Assembly: GCA_963703955.1 (NCBI GenBank)
Contig: CAVPGK010000011.1
Coordinates: 96,001 to 160,000, forward strand
DNA: 64,000 bases
Source: Nitrospirota bacterium
GTDB taxonomy: Bacteria; Nitrospirota; Nitrospiria; Nitrospirales; Nitrospiraceae
Direction: 5' to 3'
The translations under genes and the position numbers were made by a program. Of this stretch, positions 9,279 to 17,699 are shown piece after piece. Below the pieces are notes generated by a model, which saw only the letters and a program-made list of their open reading frames with translations, did no database searches and was not told where the DNA came from. Position 1 is the stretch's first letter. Every line of letters begins with the position of its first letter.

Positions 9279-10103
9279 ATGGAATTTACGGACGACCAGA
9301 TCACCCGCTACAGCCGGCACATCCTGCTGCCCGAAGTCGGCGGTAAGGGGCAGAAAAAGATTGCCCAGGCGAGAATCTTAATCGTAGGCGCCGGCGGCCT
9401 GGGCTCGCCTGCGGCATTATATTTGGCGGCGGCAGGTGTCGGCACGATCGGCCTTATCGACAGCGACGTGGTGGACCTCTCGAATCTCCAGCGCCAGGTT
9501 ATCCACCACACACCGGATCTGGGGCGTCCCAAAGTGGTGTCTGCTCAGGAGAAGATTGCCGCGATCAATCCCGACGTCAACGTGGTGATGCACCCGGATC
9601 GCCTGGTCGCCGACAATGCCTTGGATATCATCCGTGGATATGACGTCGTCATCGACGGCGTCGATAACTTCCCTGCAAAATTCTTGATCAACGATGCCTG
9701 TTTCTTTGCGGACAAGCCGTTGGTGCACGGAGGGATCCTTCGTTTTGACGGACGAGTCATGACGATTGTTCCAAAACGGTCGGCCTGCTATCGATGTGTC
9801 TTCAAGAACCCGCCGCCTCCCGGTCTGGTTGCGAGTTGCCAGGAAGCCGGGGTGATCGGCGTGCTCGCCGGCATCATCGGAACCATTCAGGCGACGGAAG
9901 CGCTCAAGCTTGTCTTGAAGATCGGTCAGCCGTTGACCGACCGCATGCTCGACTTCGACGCTAGGCGGACAGTCTTTCGGGAGATCAAGACCAGGCGGAA
10001 TGCACGCTGCCCGTTGTGCGGAGACGCTCCGACGATTACGGAACTGTTTGACCACGAGCCTGAGTCGTGCGACCTGAAGCCTGCAGCGGCCGCTCAGGAC
10101 TGA
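9279..10103 (+). CDS. MoeB/ThiF-family (E1-like) adenylyltransferase 1
   Basis: RYSRHI, GAGGLG, DLSNLQRQ, Zn motifs CYRC/CPLC, SCQEAGV. No rhodanese domain. Confidence 0.93.
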   Translation: MEFTDDQITRYSRHILLPEVGGKGQKKIAQARILIVGAGGLGSPAALYLAAAGVGTIGLIDSDVVDLSNLQRQVIHHTPDLGRPKVVSAQEKIAAINPDVNVVMHPDRLVADNALDIIRGYDVVIDGVDNFPAKFLINDACFFADKPLVHGGILRFDGRVMTIVPKRSACYRCVFKNPPPPGLVASCQEAGVIGVLAGIIGTIQATEALKLVLKIGQPLTDRMLDFDARRTVFREIKTRRNARCPLCGDAPTITELFDHEPESCDLKPAAAAQD

Positions 10104-10181
10104 AGACTGAGTGCTGAGGACTGAGAGGCAAAGCCCCTTGATTGATCCTTAGAATCTCAGACCTCAGGCCCTGTGACTCAG
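10093..10181. repeat. Heptamer tandem/inverted repeat hairpin
   Basis: CTGAGGA-type units x5 followed by inverted (T/C)CTCAG units. Confidence 0.55.
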
Positions 10182-10200
10182 ATCCAAGAATGGTGATGCG

Positions 10201-11451
10201 ATGACGAAGATGAAGGCGCTCACGTGCCGGGAATGTGGCAAGGAATATCCAACCAAAGCCATTCATGTGTGTGAAATGTGCTTTGGGCCCTTGGAGGTCA
10301 AGTACAACTACGATGAGATCAAAACGACCATCTCGCGTCGGAAGATCCAAGACGGGCCGAACAGCATGTGGCGCTACATTGATCTCCTCCCGATTGAAGG
10401 GCCGGCCACCGTCGGACCGCACGCAGGCTTCACGCCCTTGGTCCGGGCCAGGAATTTGGGCGCCTATCTGGGGCTCGATGAGCTGTACATCAAAAACGAC
10501 ACGGTGAATCACCCGACCCTCTCGTTTAAAGACCGAGTCGTCGCTATCGCGCTCACCCGCGCCCGCGAACTCGGCTATGAAACCGTCGCCTGCGCTTCAA
10601 CTGGAAATCTGGCGAACTCCGTCGCCGCGCATGCGGCCGCGTCCGGAATGCAATGTTACGTCTTCATTCCGGGCGACCTTGAGGCAGCAAAGGTCCTGGG
10701 AAATTTGATTTACCGTCCGAATGTCGTCGAGGTCGAGGGAAATTACGACGATGTCAACCGCCTCTGCAGCGAAATTGCGGCCGAGCACCGCTGGGCCTTC
10801 GTGAACATCAACATCCGTCCCTACTACGCCGAGGGCTCCAAGACCCTCGCGTTCGAGACGGTTGAGCAACTTGGGTGGCGTACCCCCGACCAGGTTGTCA
10901 TCCCGATGGCGTCCGGTTCGTTGCTCACTAAGATTTGGAAAGGCCTCAACGAGCTGCGCACCGTGGGCCTGATCGACCAGGTACGGACCAAAATCAATGG
11001 GGCACAGGCTGAAGGTTGTTCGCCGATCGCTACTGCGTACAAGGAAGGCCGTGACTTCTTCAAGCCGGTCAAGCCGAAAACCATCGCGAAATCCTTGGCC
11101 ATCGGTAACCCAGCCGACGGGTACTATGCGTTAAAGACGACGGCCGAGAGCCGGGGCGCGATGGACATGGTGTCCGACGATGAAGTGGTTGAAGGCATCA
11201 AGCTCCTCGCCCAGACCGAAGGAATTTTTGCGGAGACCGCCGGCGGTGTCACGATCGGCGTCTTGCGAAAGCTCGTCAAGCAGAGCATCATCAAGAAAGG
11301 CGACGTGACTGTGGCCTACATTACGGGCAATGGGTTGAAAACCCAGGAGGCGGTGATCGACGCCGTGGGTCGTCCGGTCCGTATCCAGCCGAGCTTGGTG
11401 AGCTTCCAGAAAACGTTCAAGATGGGCAAGAACGGAGGCGGCGACGCATGA
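10201..11451 (+). CDS. thrC: Threonine synthase-like PLP enzyme with N-terminal Zn ribbon
   Basis: CRECG..CEMC, PTLSFKDR, CASTGNLANS, TGNGLK. Confidence 0.85.
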   Translation: MTKMKALTCRECGKEYPTKAIHVCEMCFGPLEVKYNYDEIKTTISRRKIQDGPNSMWRYIDLLPIEGPATVGPHAGFTPLVRARNLGAYLGLDELYIKNDTVNHPTLSFKDRVVAIALTRARELGYETVACASTGNLANSVAAHAAASGMQCYVFIPGDLEAAKVLGNLIYRPNVVEVEGNYDDVNRLCSEIAAEHRWAFVNINIRPYYAEGSKTLAFETVEQLGWRTPDQVVIPMASGSLLTKIWKGLNELRTVGLIDQVRTKINGAQAEGCSPIATAYKEGRDFFKPVKPKTIAKSLAIGNPADGYYALKTTAESRGAMDMVSDDEVVEGIKLLAQTEGIFAETAGGVTIGVLRKLVKQSIIKKGDVTVAYITGNGLKTQEAVIDAVGRPVRIQPSLVSFQKTFKMGKNGGGDA

Positions 11452-11726
11452 TCAAGGTTCGAATTCCCACGCCCCTGCGGCCCTTGACGAAAGGGCAGGG
11501 CGAGGTCGAGATCAAGGGTGCCAGCGTGGCGGAGATGATCGACAACCTCGATACGTCCCATCCCGGTCTGAAAGATCGGCTCTGCGATGAAAACGGTGAG
11601 TTGCGTCGTTTTGTCAACGTCTATGTAAATGAAGAAGATATTCGGTTTCTCAAGGGGAAAGAAACTCTCCTGAAAGATGGGGACGAGGTATCAATCGTCC
11701 CCGCCATTGCAGGAGGGGGGTCGTGA
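11448..11726 (+). CDS. MoaD/CysO-like ubiquitin-fold sulfur carrier
   Basis: VRIPTPLR..RRFVNVYVNEEDIRFL..DGDEVSIVPAIAGGGS*. ATGA overlap with thrC. Confidence 0.92.
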   Translation: MIKVRIPTPLRPLTKGQGEVEIKGASVAEMIDNLDTSHPGLKDRLCDENGELRRFVNVYVNEEDIRFLKGKETLLKDGDEVSIVPAIAGGGS

Positions 11727-11962
11727 CCAGTTTACGATTTCACATCCGTTTCCCTGAGGAAAAAATCAAGGAACCGATCATCTACCAGATCGGCCATGAG
11801 TATAAGGTCGTCACCAACGTCCGCCGCGCTGATGTCCGGGAGACCACCGGATGGATGGACGTTGAACTGACCGGGGAAACCTCCGAAATCGAGCGCGCCG
11901 TCGAGGGCATGCGCAAGAAAGGGGTCTTGGTGGACCCCATCGAGTTGAACGTCGTCGAATGA
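11723..11962 (+). CDS. Stand-alone NIL-domain protein
   Basis: EPIIYQI..VVTNVRRADV..GWMDVELTG..IERAV pattern. GTGA overlap. Confidence 0.8.
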   Translation: MTSLRFHIRFPEEKIKEPIIYQIGHEYKVVTNVRRADVRETTGWMDVELTGETSEIERAVEGMRKKGVLVDPIELNVVE

Positions 11963-12033
11963 AGGGGAGCTTTCAGCGATCAGCCCATCAGCTTGGGGAC
12001 ATGTCATGATCCAACGCCGATAGCTTCACGAAA

Positions 12034-12837
12034 ATGGACTTCACCGATACGCAGATTGAGCGCTATAGCCGGCATATCATCTTGTCGGAAGTCGGAGGCA
12101 AGGGGCAGAAGAAACTGTTCTCCTCCAAGGTCCTGGTGATCGGCGCGGGAGGGTTGGGGTCACCCGCCGCCCTCTACCTTGCCGCGGCCGGCATCGGAAC
12201 GCTGGGCTTGGTGGACGGCGATGTGGTCGACCTGTCTAATCTCCAACGGCAGATTCTTCATACGACCGCGAGTGTCGGAACACCAAAAGTTGAATCCGGC
12301 CGGCAGACGTTGGCGGCGTTGAATCCCGACGTGACCATCAAGACTTACCAGGAGAATGTGGCGGCCGACAACATCATGCGGTTATTACTAGAGTATGACA
12401 TTATTCTGGACGGGTCTGACAACTTCTCGACGCGGTTTCTGGTTAATGACGCCTGTTATTTTGCCAAGAAAACGCTCATCTCGGGCAGCATTTTCCGGTT
12501 CGAAGGTCAGCTCACCACCATTAAGCCTCACGAAGGCTATCCTTGTTATCGGTGCTTGTATCCCGAACCGCCTCCGGCCGGCCTCGTGCCGAACTGTCAG
12601 GAGGCGGGTGTCCTGGGCGTCTTGGCGGGCACCATCGGCGTCCTTCAGGCAGCCGAGGCGATCAAAGAAATCCTGGGCATCGGCGACACGCTTGCCGACC
12701 GACTGTTGATCTATGACGCGCTCGAGATGAAATTTCGAAAGGTCTCCCGTCCCAAGGCTCCCGACTGTCCTCTTTGCGGAGCAAATCCGACCATCCGAGA
12801 CCTCAGCGGTGACTACGCGGTCACGTGCGCGATTTGA
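12034..12837 (+). CDS. MoeB/ThiF-family (E1-like) adenylyltransferase 2
   Basis: Paralogue of 9279-10103 with GAGGLG, SNLQRQ, CYRC, NCQEAGV, CPLC. Confidence 0.93.
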   Translation: MDFTDTQIERYSRHIILSEVGGKGQKKLFSSKVLVIGAGGLGSPAALYLAAAGIGTLGLVDGDVVDLSNLQRQILHTTASVGTPKVESGRQTLAALNPDVTIKTYQENVAADNIMRLLLEYDIILDGSDNFSTRFLVNDACYFAKKTLISGSIFRFEGQLTTIKPHEGYPCYRCLYPEPPPAGLVPNCQEAGVLGVLAGTIGVLQAAEAIKEILGIGDTLADRLLIYDALEMKFRKVSRPKAPDCPLCGANPTIRDLSGDYAVTCAI

Positions 12838-12838
12838 C

Positions 12839-13330
12839 GTGTCGACGCCTGCGCCCGTCTTGAGTATTCCCCAGTCAATCCTCGATGACATGATCGTCCA
12901 TGCGCGCGAGCTCGATCCGTCCGAATGCTGTGGCCTGCTTGCCGGAATCCAAGGTACGGTAACGCATCAGTACCGGATTACCAATACCGTCGCCAAAGAC
13001 CGCCAGGCAATGCAGGTGTTCGAGCAAGCCAACGTTAAGCAGTTGGGTCATCTATCAGAGAGAAGCCGCGCGGAGGTCGCCTATTTTATGGATCCCAAGG
13101 AGATGCTGGCGGCCTTCAAGGACATGCGGGAGCGACAGACCGAATTGACCGTGATCTATCATTCGCACACCCACTCGCCCGCCTACCCATCGACCACCGA
13201 TATCGGCCTAGCCTACTATCCGGACGCCGCCTACATCATCATTTCCTTTGAAGACAAGACAAAGCCGGACATCCAGGCTTACTGGATTAGGGACCGCAGC
13301 GTCGTCCCGGCCGTTTTCCAAGCCATTTGA
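12839..13330 (+). CDS. JAMM/MPN+ (Mec-like, M67) metallopeptidase
   Basis: ECCGLLAG and YHSHTHSPAYPSTTD (E..HxH-x7-S-x2-D). GTG 2 nt after the upstream stop. Confidence 0.92.
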   Translation: MSTPAPVLSIPQSILDDMIVHARELDPSECCGLLAGIQGTVTHQYRITNTVAKDRQAMQVFEQANVKQLGHLSERSRAEVAYFMDPKEMLAAFKDMRERQTELTVIYHSHTHSPAYPSTTDIGLAYYPDAAYIIISFEDKTKPDIQAYWIRDRSVVPAVFQAI

Positions 13331-13437
13331 TCGATCGTTATCGGAAGCCTCTTCATCGTTCAAAGAACGTCCAAAATGGGCTGGACCACCGACGCCAACG
13401 GTGCCATAATGACGCCCCCAGGGTAGAGGAGAATCGC

Positions 13438-13767
13438 ATGCGGACCGTTCAACGGCGAATGTTGTTGGTGCTGGGACTCATCTTGGTCACAGCGCATGGA
13501 GCGGCCTCCGCTGAGGACAAGAGCATCTTCAGCCCGATCATTCACGTCGACAAGGAAAAAGGTTACATCGTCGTCTCGTCGGACGGAAAAGTCTTTGCCG
13601 TTGAAGTCGATGAAAACGCGAAACCTCACCTGGAGAAACTTCCGGTCTCCGGTATGATCGATATGGTCGTGGAAGTCAGGCCTGGCACCACTCCCCTACT
13701 GAAAAGATGGAAAGTGGCAGGTGGAGAGTCTTCCTGCAAGCAGTTTGACGGAAAGACCTGCAAATAA
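13438..13767 (+). CDS. Exported hypothetical protein
   Basis: GAGGAG RBS, signal peptide ending ASA, C-terminal Cys pair. Confidence 0.7.
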   Translation: MRTVQRRMLLVLGLILVTAHGAASAEDKSIFSPIIHVDKEKGYIVVSSDGKVFAVEVDENAKPHLEKLPVSGMIDMVVEVRPGTTPLLKRWKVAGGESSCKQFDGKTCK

Positions 13768-13804
13768 CGATGATCTGGAGGGTCAGTAGCGGCGACTCAC
13801 CGGG

Positions 13805-14014
13805 TTATTCCGAACTGCCGAGCATGTCATCAATCAGCGGTCGATTGATGTCCGTGCAACCCGGACAGATCGCATCAAACAAGGCTTCGTGGTCAGCCAC
13901 ATAATTGCGCGCATCCACTAGCTTATCAGTAATGACGTGGTCATAACAGGTGTCACAGAGCATCATGAAGCCGCGCATCACGGAAACCGTTTTTCGTCCC
14001 TGGCTACCTAGCAT
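13805..14014 (-). CDS. Small putative Zn-binding protein
   Basis: CDTC...CPGC; exact start uncertain. Confidence 0.6.
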   Translation of the reverse strand: MLGSQGRKTVSVMRGFMMLCDTCYDHVITDKLVDARNYVADHEALFDAICPGCTDINRPLIDDMLGSSE

Positions 14015-14087
14015 TTTACCATCCCATTATTTATGAATCGTCAGGCTGGTCTCTTCGCCCCTTCCGAATGAAGGTTGAACGATTATC

Positions 14088-14282
14088 TCAGACCGAGCCT
14101 TTCTGCTGAGCCACCCAAAAATCCTCGGTCTCCAACTCGATCCCGCATCGCGGGCATTCGAAAGGCTGGTCAGGCGGCGGCACCGACATTTCTTTCTCTT
14201 CCACCCGGCCCTGGCAGACATGATACCAGTGGCCGCCGGCATGCTCATGGTCCAGAGGATCGTATTCGAACTTGAGCACCAT
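14088..14282 (-). CDS. Small putative Zn-ribbon protein
   Basis: AGGAG RBS; HVC...CPRC. Confidence 0.6.
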   Translation of the reverse strand: MVLKFEYDPLDHEHAGGHWYHVCQGRVEEKEMSVPPPDQPFECPRCGIELETEDFWVAQQKGSV

Positions 14283-14440
14283 GGCCACTCCTAACCAAAC
14301 AAGTGTCGCCCCACCCATCCCTCGTCATGACAATCTTCTCCAAGTGGTCAACTCAACAGCTGAAATATGCGCACGACGATCGGGCGCGTTGCGCGCGGGC
14401 GCAGAGACCGGACCAGACCCTGTTTCAAGCACTCCTATTC

Positions 14441-16165
14441 TCAGATCTGGAACTGCGCCTCGTACAGCCCCGCATAGACCCCTCCACGCGCAAGAAGAGT
14501 CTCATGAAGACCTTCTTCAACGACCCGGCCGCGGTCCACCACCACGATCCTGTCGACGTCATGCAAGGTCGAGAGCCGGTGGGCAATGATGAAGGTTGTG
14601 CGCCCTTGCGTCAGTGCGACCAACGCCTCTCGAATCTTGACCTCCGTCTCTGTATCGATGTTGGAGGTCGCTTCATCAAAAATCACGATCGGCGGGTCCT
14701 TCAGCAGCACGCGCGCGATGGACACCCGTTGCTTTTGCCCTACCGACAGTTTGACGCCCCGTTCGCCGATCCACGTGTCATAGCCATCGGGCAGATCCAT
14801 GATGAAGTCATGCGCACGAGCCGCCATCGCCACTTCTTGGATCCGCGCCTGGTCTGCCGTCAGATCGCCGTACGCGAGATTCTCCCGCACCGTGCCGTTG
14901 AACAGGAACGGCTCCTGCTGAACCAAACCGATATGGTCGCGGAGAAATGCCAGCGGCAGGTTTCGAAGATCGTACCCGTCGATGGTAATCGCGCCGGCTT
15001 GCACATCGTAAAACCTCATCAGCAACTTGAGCATGGTGCTCTTACCCGCGCCGCTGGGACCGACCAGTGCAAGTCGTTCCCCCGGCCTTACGGCAAGCGT
15101 GACATTCGTAAGGACCGGCACATCCGACCGGTAATGAAATCCCACGCCGTCAAACCGCACTGCACCGATGAGCCGTGCGGTCGTTCTGAGAACCCCAGGA
15201 TAGTCCTGCACCTCCGGCACCGCATCGAGGACCTCGAAGACTCGTTCGCTAGCCGCCAGGGCATGCTGCAGCATGTGATTGACAGAGTGGATCTGATTGA
15301 TGGGCACATAGAACAGGGCGAGGTACCCGAGAAACATGACCAACTCGCCTACCGTCAGCGCGCCGGCCTGCACCTCGTGAGCCCCATGCCACAGGATGAG
15401 GACCGTTCCGAGGCTTCCCACAAAAATCATGCTCGGTGAATAGACGGACCAGAGGCACATGGCGTTGAGATTACTATCACTGTAGCGTCGGCTCAGGACG
15501 TTAAAGCGATCCCGCTCGTATTTCTGGCGATTGAATCCGATGGTTTCCCGAATGCCGGAGAGCGCGTCCTGCAGATAAGCATTCAACTCAGCGGCGCTCC
15601 GCCTGATGTCATGGTAGTATCGATGGACGCGCTTCGTGAACACCAGCGCGGAGACGATCAAAAGCGGAATCGGAATGAGCGACAGCAGGGCGAGCTTCCA
15701 GTTCAAGGCAAACAGCAGGATGGTAATAGCGATCAGTGTCAGTGATGCGGTGAGCAACCCTTCCACTCCGTCGATAAAAATGCGCTCGACATGCTCGGTA
15801 TCGTTATTGACCCGGGACATGATCTCTCCGGTCGAACGGTTCTCGTAATAGCTGAGCGATAGTCGCTGCAAAGCGCTGAACACCTGCTCCCGCAGATCGA
15901 ACACGACGCGCTGCTCAAGCGTATTGTTCAACCGGATTCGCAACGAGGCGAAGACATTCTTGAGGGCATACGCCACCAAGAGCCCTCCGATCACCCAGGG
16001 CAACAGGCCAGGACGGCTTGCGTGGATGACATCGTCAATAACGACTTTGGTCAACCATGGCGGCACCAGTTCAATGGCGGTCGTGAGCCCCGCGCAGAAC
16101 AACGTCGTCAGAGCCAGCAATCGATAGGGTTGAACGTATCGGAGGATGCGCAGGAGAGGCTTCAC
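14441..16165 (-). CDS. ABC exporter, fused permease/ATPase (MsbA-like)
   Basis: 6-TM N-terminus, GPSGAGKST, LSVGQKQR, IFDEATS, IAHRLST. Confidence 0.93.
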   Translation of the reverse strand: MKPLLRILRYVQPYRLLALTTLFCAGLTTAIELVPPWLTKVVIDDVIHASRPGLLPWVIGGLLVAYALKNVFASLRIRLNNTLEQRVVFDLREQVFSALQRLSLSYYENRSTGEIMSRVNNDTEHVERIFIDGVEGLLTASLTLIAITILLFALNWKLALLSLIPIPLLIVSALVFTKRVHRYYHDIRRSAAELNAYLQDALSGIRETIGFNRQKYERDRFNVLSRRYSDSNLNAMCLWSVYSPSMIFVGSLGTVLILWHGAHEVQAGALTVGELVMFLGYLALFYVPINQIHSVNHMLQHALAASERVFEVLDAVPEVQDYPGVLRTTARLIGAVRFDGVGFHYRSDVPVLTNVTLAVRPGERLALVGPSGAGKSTMLKLLMRFYDVQAGAITIDGYDLRNLPLAFLRDHIGLVQQEPFLFNGTVRENLAYGDLTADQARIQEVAMAARAHDFIMDLPDGYDTWIGERGVKLSVGQKQRVSIARVLLKDPPIVIFDEATSNIDTETEVKIREALVALTQGRTTFIIAHRLSTLHDVDRIVVVDRGRVVEEGLHETLLARGGVYAGLYEAQFQI

Positions 16166-16175
16166 TCAGGCTCAG

Positions 16176-16236
16176 TTTTAAATGTTGAGTTCTGAATTTT
16201 GAATTGCACGAAGAACTCACAACTCAAAACTGAGAA
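16176..16236. repeat. Heptamer tandem/inverted repeat hairpin
   Basis: TTTTAAA-TGTTGAG-TTCTGAA-TTTTGAA followed by inverted CTCACAA-CTCAAAA-CTGAGAA. Confidence 0.55.
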
Positions 16237-16243
16237 CCTACGG

Positions 16244-16774
16244 TTAAATAACAGCGGCATGTTCCTTCCGCCAGAACTGGTCAAACTCATCAAGTTGAGT
16301 CAGAGTAGAGAGGTCGGTCATGCGATCCAGAAACACCTTGCCCATCAAGTGATCCAATTCGTGCTGGATACAGACTGCAAGGAGCCCGCTCGCTTCGAAA
16401 TCCAGCTGCGCTCCGTGGCGATCAAGCGCCTGCGCTCGAATCATCGAGGGACGGCTCACTTTCCCTCGCAAACCGTCCACACTCAGGCACCCTTCCCAAT
16501 TCTCGACCTGCTGCGGCCCGTAGTACACGATGACGGGATTGATAAGCACGGTTTGGGGAAAACCACCCTCCCCGCGGTATTCCATCACGACGATCTGTTG
16601 TGAGCGGGACACCTGCGGCGCCGCCAAGCCGATGCCTTCTGCATCAGTCATCGTCTCAAACATATCGTCGATGAGTTCCTGCACTACCCGATCGTTGATT
16701 TCGCTCTGGGGCACAGGATCCGCTATTTTTCGAAGGCTCGGATTTCCTAATTTCGCGATGGTCAAAAGAGCCAC
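16244..16774 (-). CDS. def: Peptide deformylase
   Basis: GIGLAAPQ, EGCLS, QHELDH. Confidence 0.96.
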   Translation of the reverse strand: MALLTIAKLGNPSLRKIADPVPQSEINDRVVQELIDDMFETMTDAEGIGLAAPQVSRSQQIVVMEYRGEGGFPQTVLINPVIVYYGPQQVENWEGCLSVDGLRGKVSRPSMIRAQALDRHGAQLDFEASGLLAVCIQHELDHLMGKVFLDRMTDLSTLTQLDEFDQFWRKEHAAVI

Positions 16775-16874
16775 AGCAACCTCGGGTGGATACGTTCATG
16801 AGAGCAACACATTAAAATAACACAGCCGTTCCCGACCTCGCAACCGAGGCCGGGGTGCGCATCCGTTGCGAGCC

Positions 16875-17678
16875 CTATTGGAAAGTCTTCCTCGATCGCC
16901 GGGGCTCAGGCAATTCCAGGGTCTCCTTATTCGCATTCCACCAGTCGATCCATTCTTGCGCCCACTCGGCTCGTTCCTGTTTCGTCGAGCTATCCCAGTC
17001 GTGCATTTCACTCTCGTGTCTGGTGAGCAGCCACAGGGAATTGATCGCGGTGATCGATACAAATCGTTCCTCATCGGGCAAGAGATCAATCAGGACCGGC
17101 ACGACCGACTTTTGGCGCACATAGCGCGCTTCAAAGGCGGCGGATTTTCTGATACTGGCGTTAGGATCCTTCGCCATCGACTCGATGGCTGTGGGGGCCA
17201 CATTCGGATCCAGCCGTACCGCCCCGCGCAACGCATGCTCACGGATCCGTGGCATTTCATTCGTTTGCTTGGCGGCGTCGATCAACGCGGGCGCCGCGGC
17301 AGGGTCCTTGATTATGATCATGGTTTCAATCGCGTTGTATCGAATGCGCGGACTGGGCATCGTCAATGCCTTCACCAAAACTGGGACTGCCGGCGGACCC
17401 AGATGGACAAACTCGCCCATAGCCCAGAATTCCTGTTTGCCTTCGAGCAGCGGTAGCAGCGCCTCAGCCCTCTTGAGCTCTTCCGGATCCAGCGGTTTTG
17501 AAGACGGCGGGATCGAGGTATCGGGAACCGGTTGGGACTTGGGAGGCGCCTCGTAAGGTAGCTGCGCGAGCGTCACCGACCCTCGTTCCGCCAGAACGAC
17601 CACAGAGGCCCACCAGCCGGCCGTCAGGCTGATACCAACAAGCCCTCCCCAGAGAAGGTGTCGAACCTTGTGCGTCAT
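16875..17678 (-). CDS. HEAT-repeat protein with N-terminal signal/TM segment
   Basis: Repeated AVPVLVKAL / AAPALIDA / VVPVLIDLL helices. Confidence 0.8.
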   Translation of the reverse strand: MTHKVRHLLWGGLVGISLTAGWWASVVVLAERGSVTLAQLPYEAPPKSQPVPDTSIPPSSKPLDPEELKRAEALLPLLEGKQEFWAMGEFVHLGPPAVPVLVKALTMPSPRIRYNAIETMIIIKDPAAAPALIDAAKQTNEMPRIREHALRGAVRLDPNVAPTAIESMAKDPNASIRKSAAFEARYVRQKSVVPVLIDLLPDEERFVSITAINSLWLLTRHESEMHDWDSSTKQERAEWAQEWIDWWNANKETLELPEPRRSRKTFQ

Positions 17679-17699
17679 GGAAATCCTTTCTTCTGTCGG

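Noticed and set aside
7958..13330. Ubl/E1/JAMM genes as an antiphage or protein-conjugation system (CBASS Cap2/3, Bil)
   Set aside because: No E2 or CD-NTase in the operon; the cysK/thrC/NIL context points to sulfur metabolism.
14303..15439. 378-aa + strand ORF
   Set aside because: Antisense shadow of the ABC exporter.
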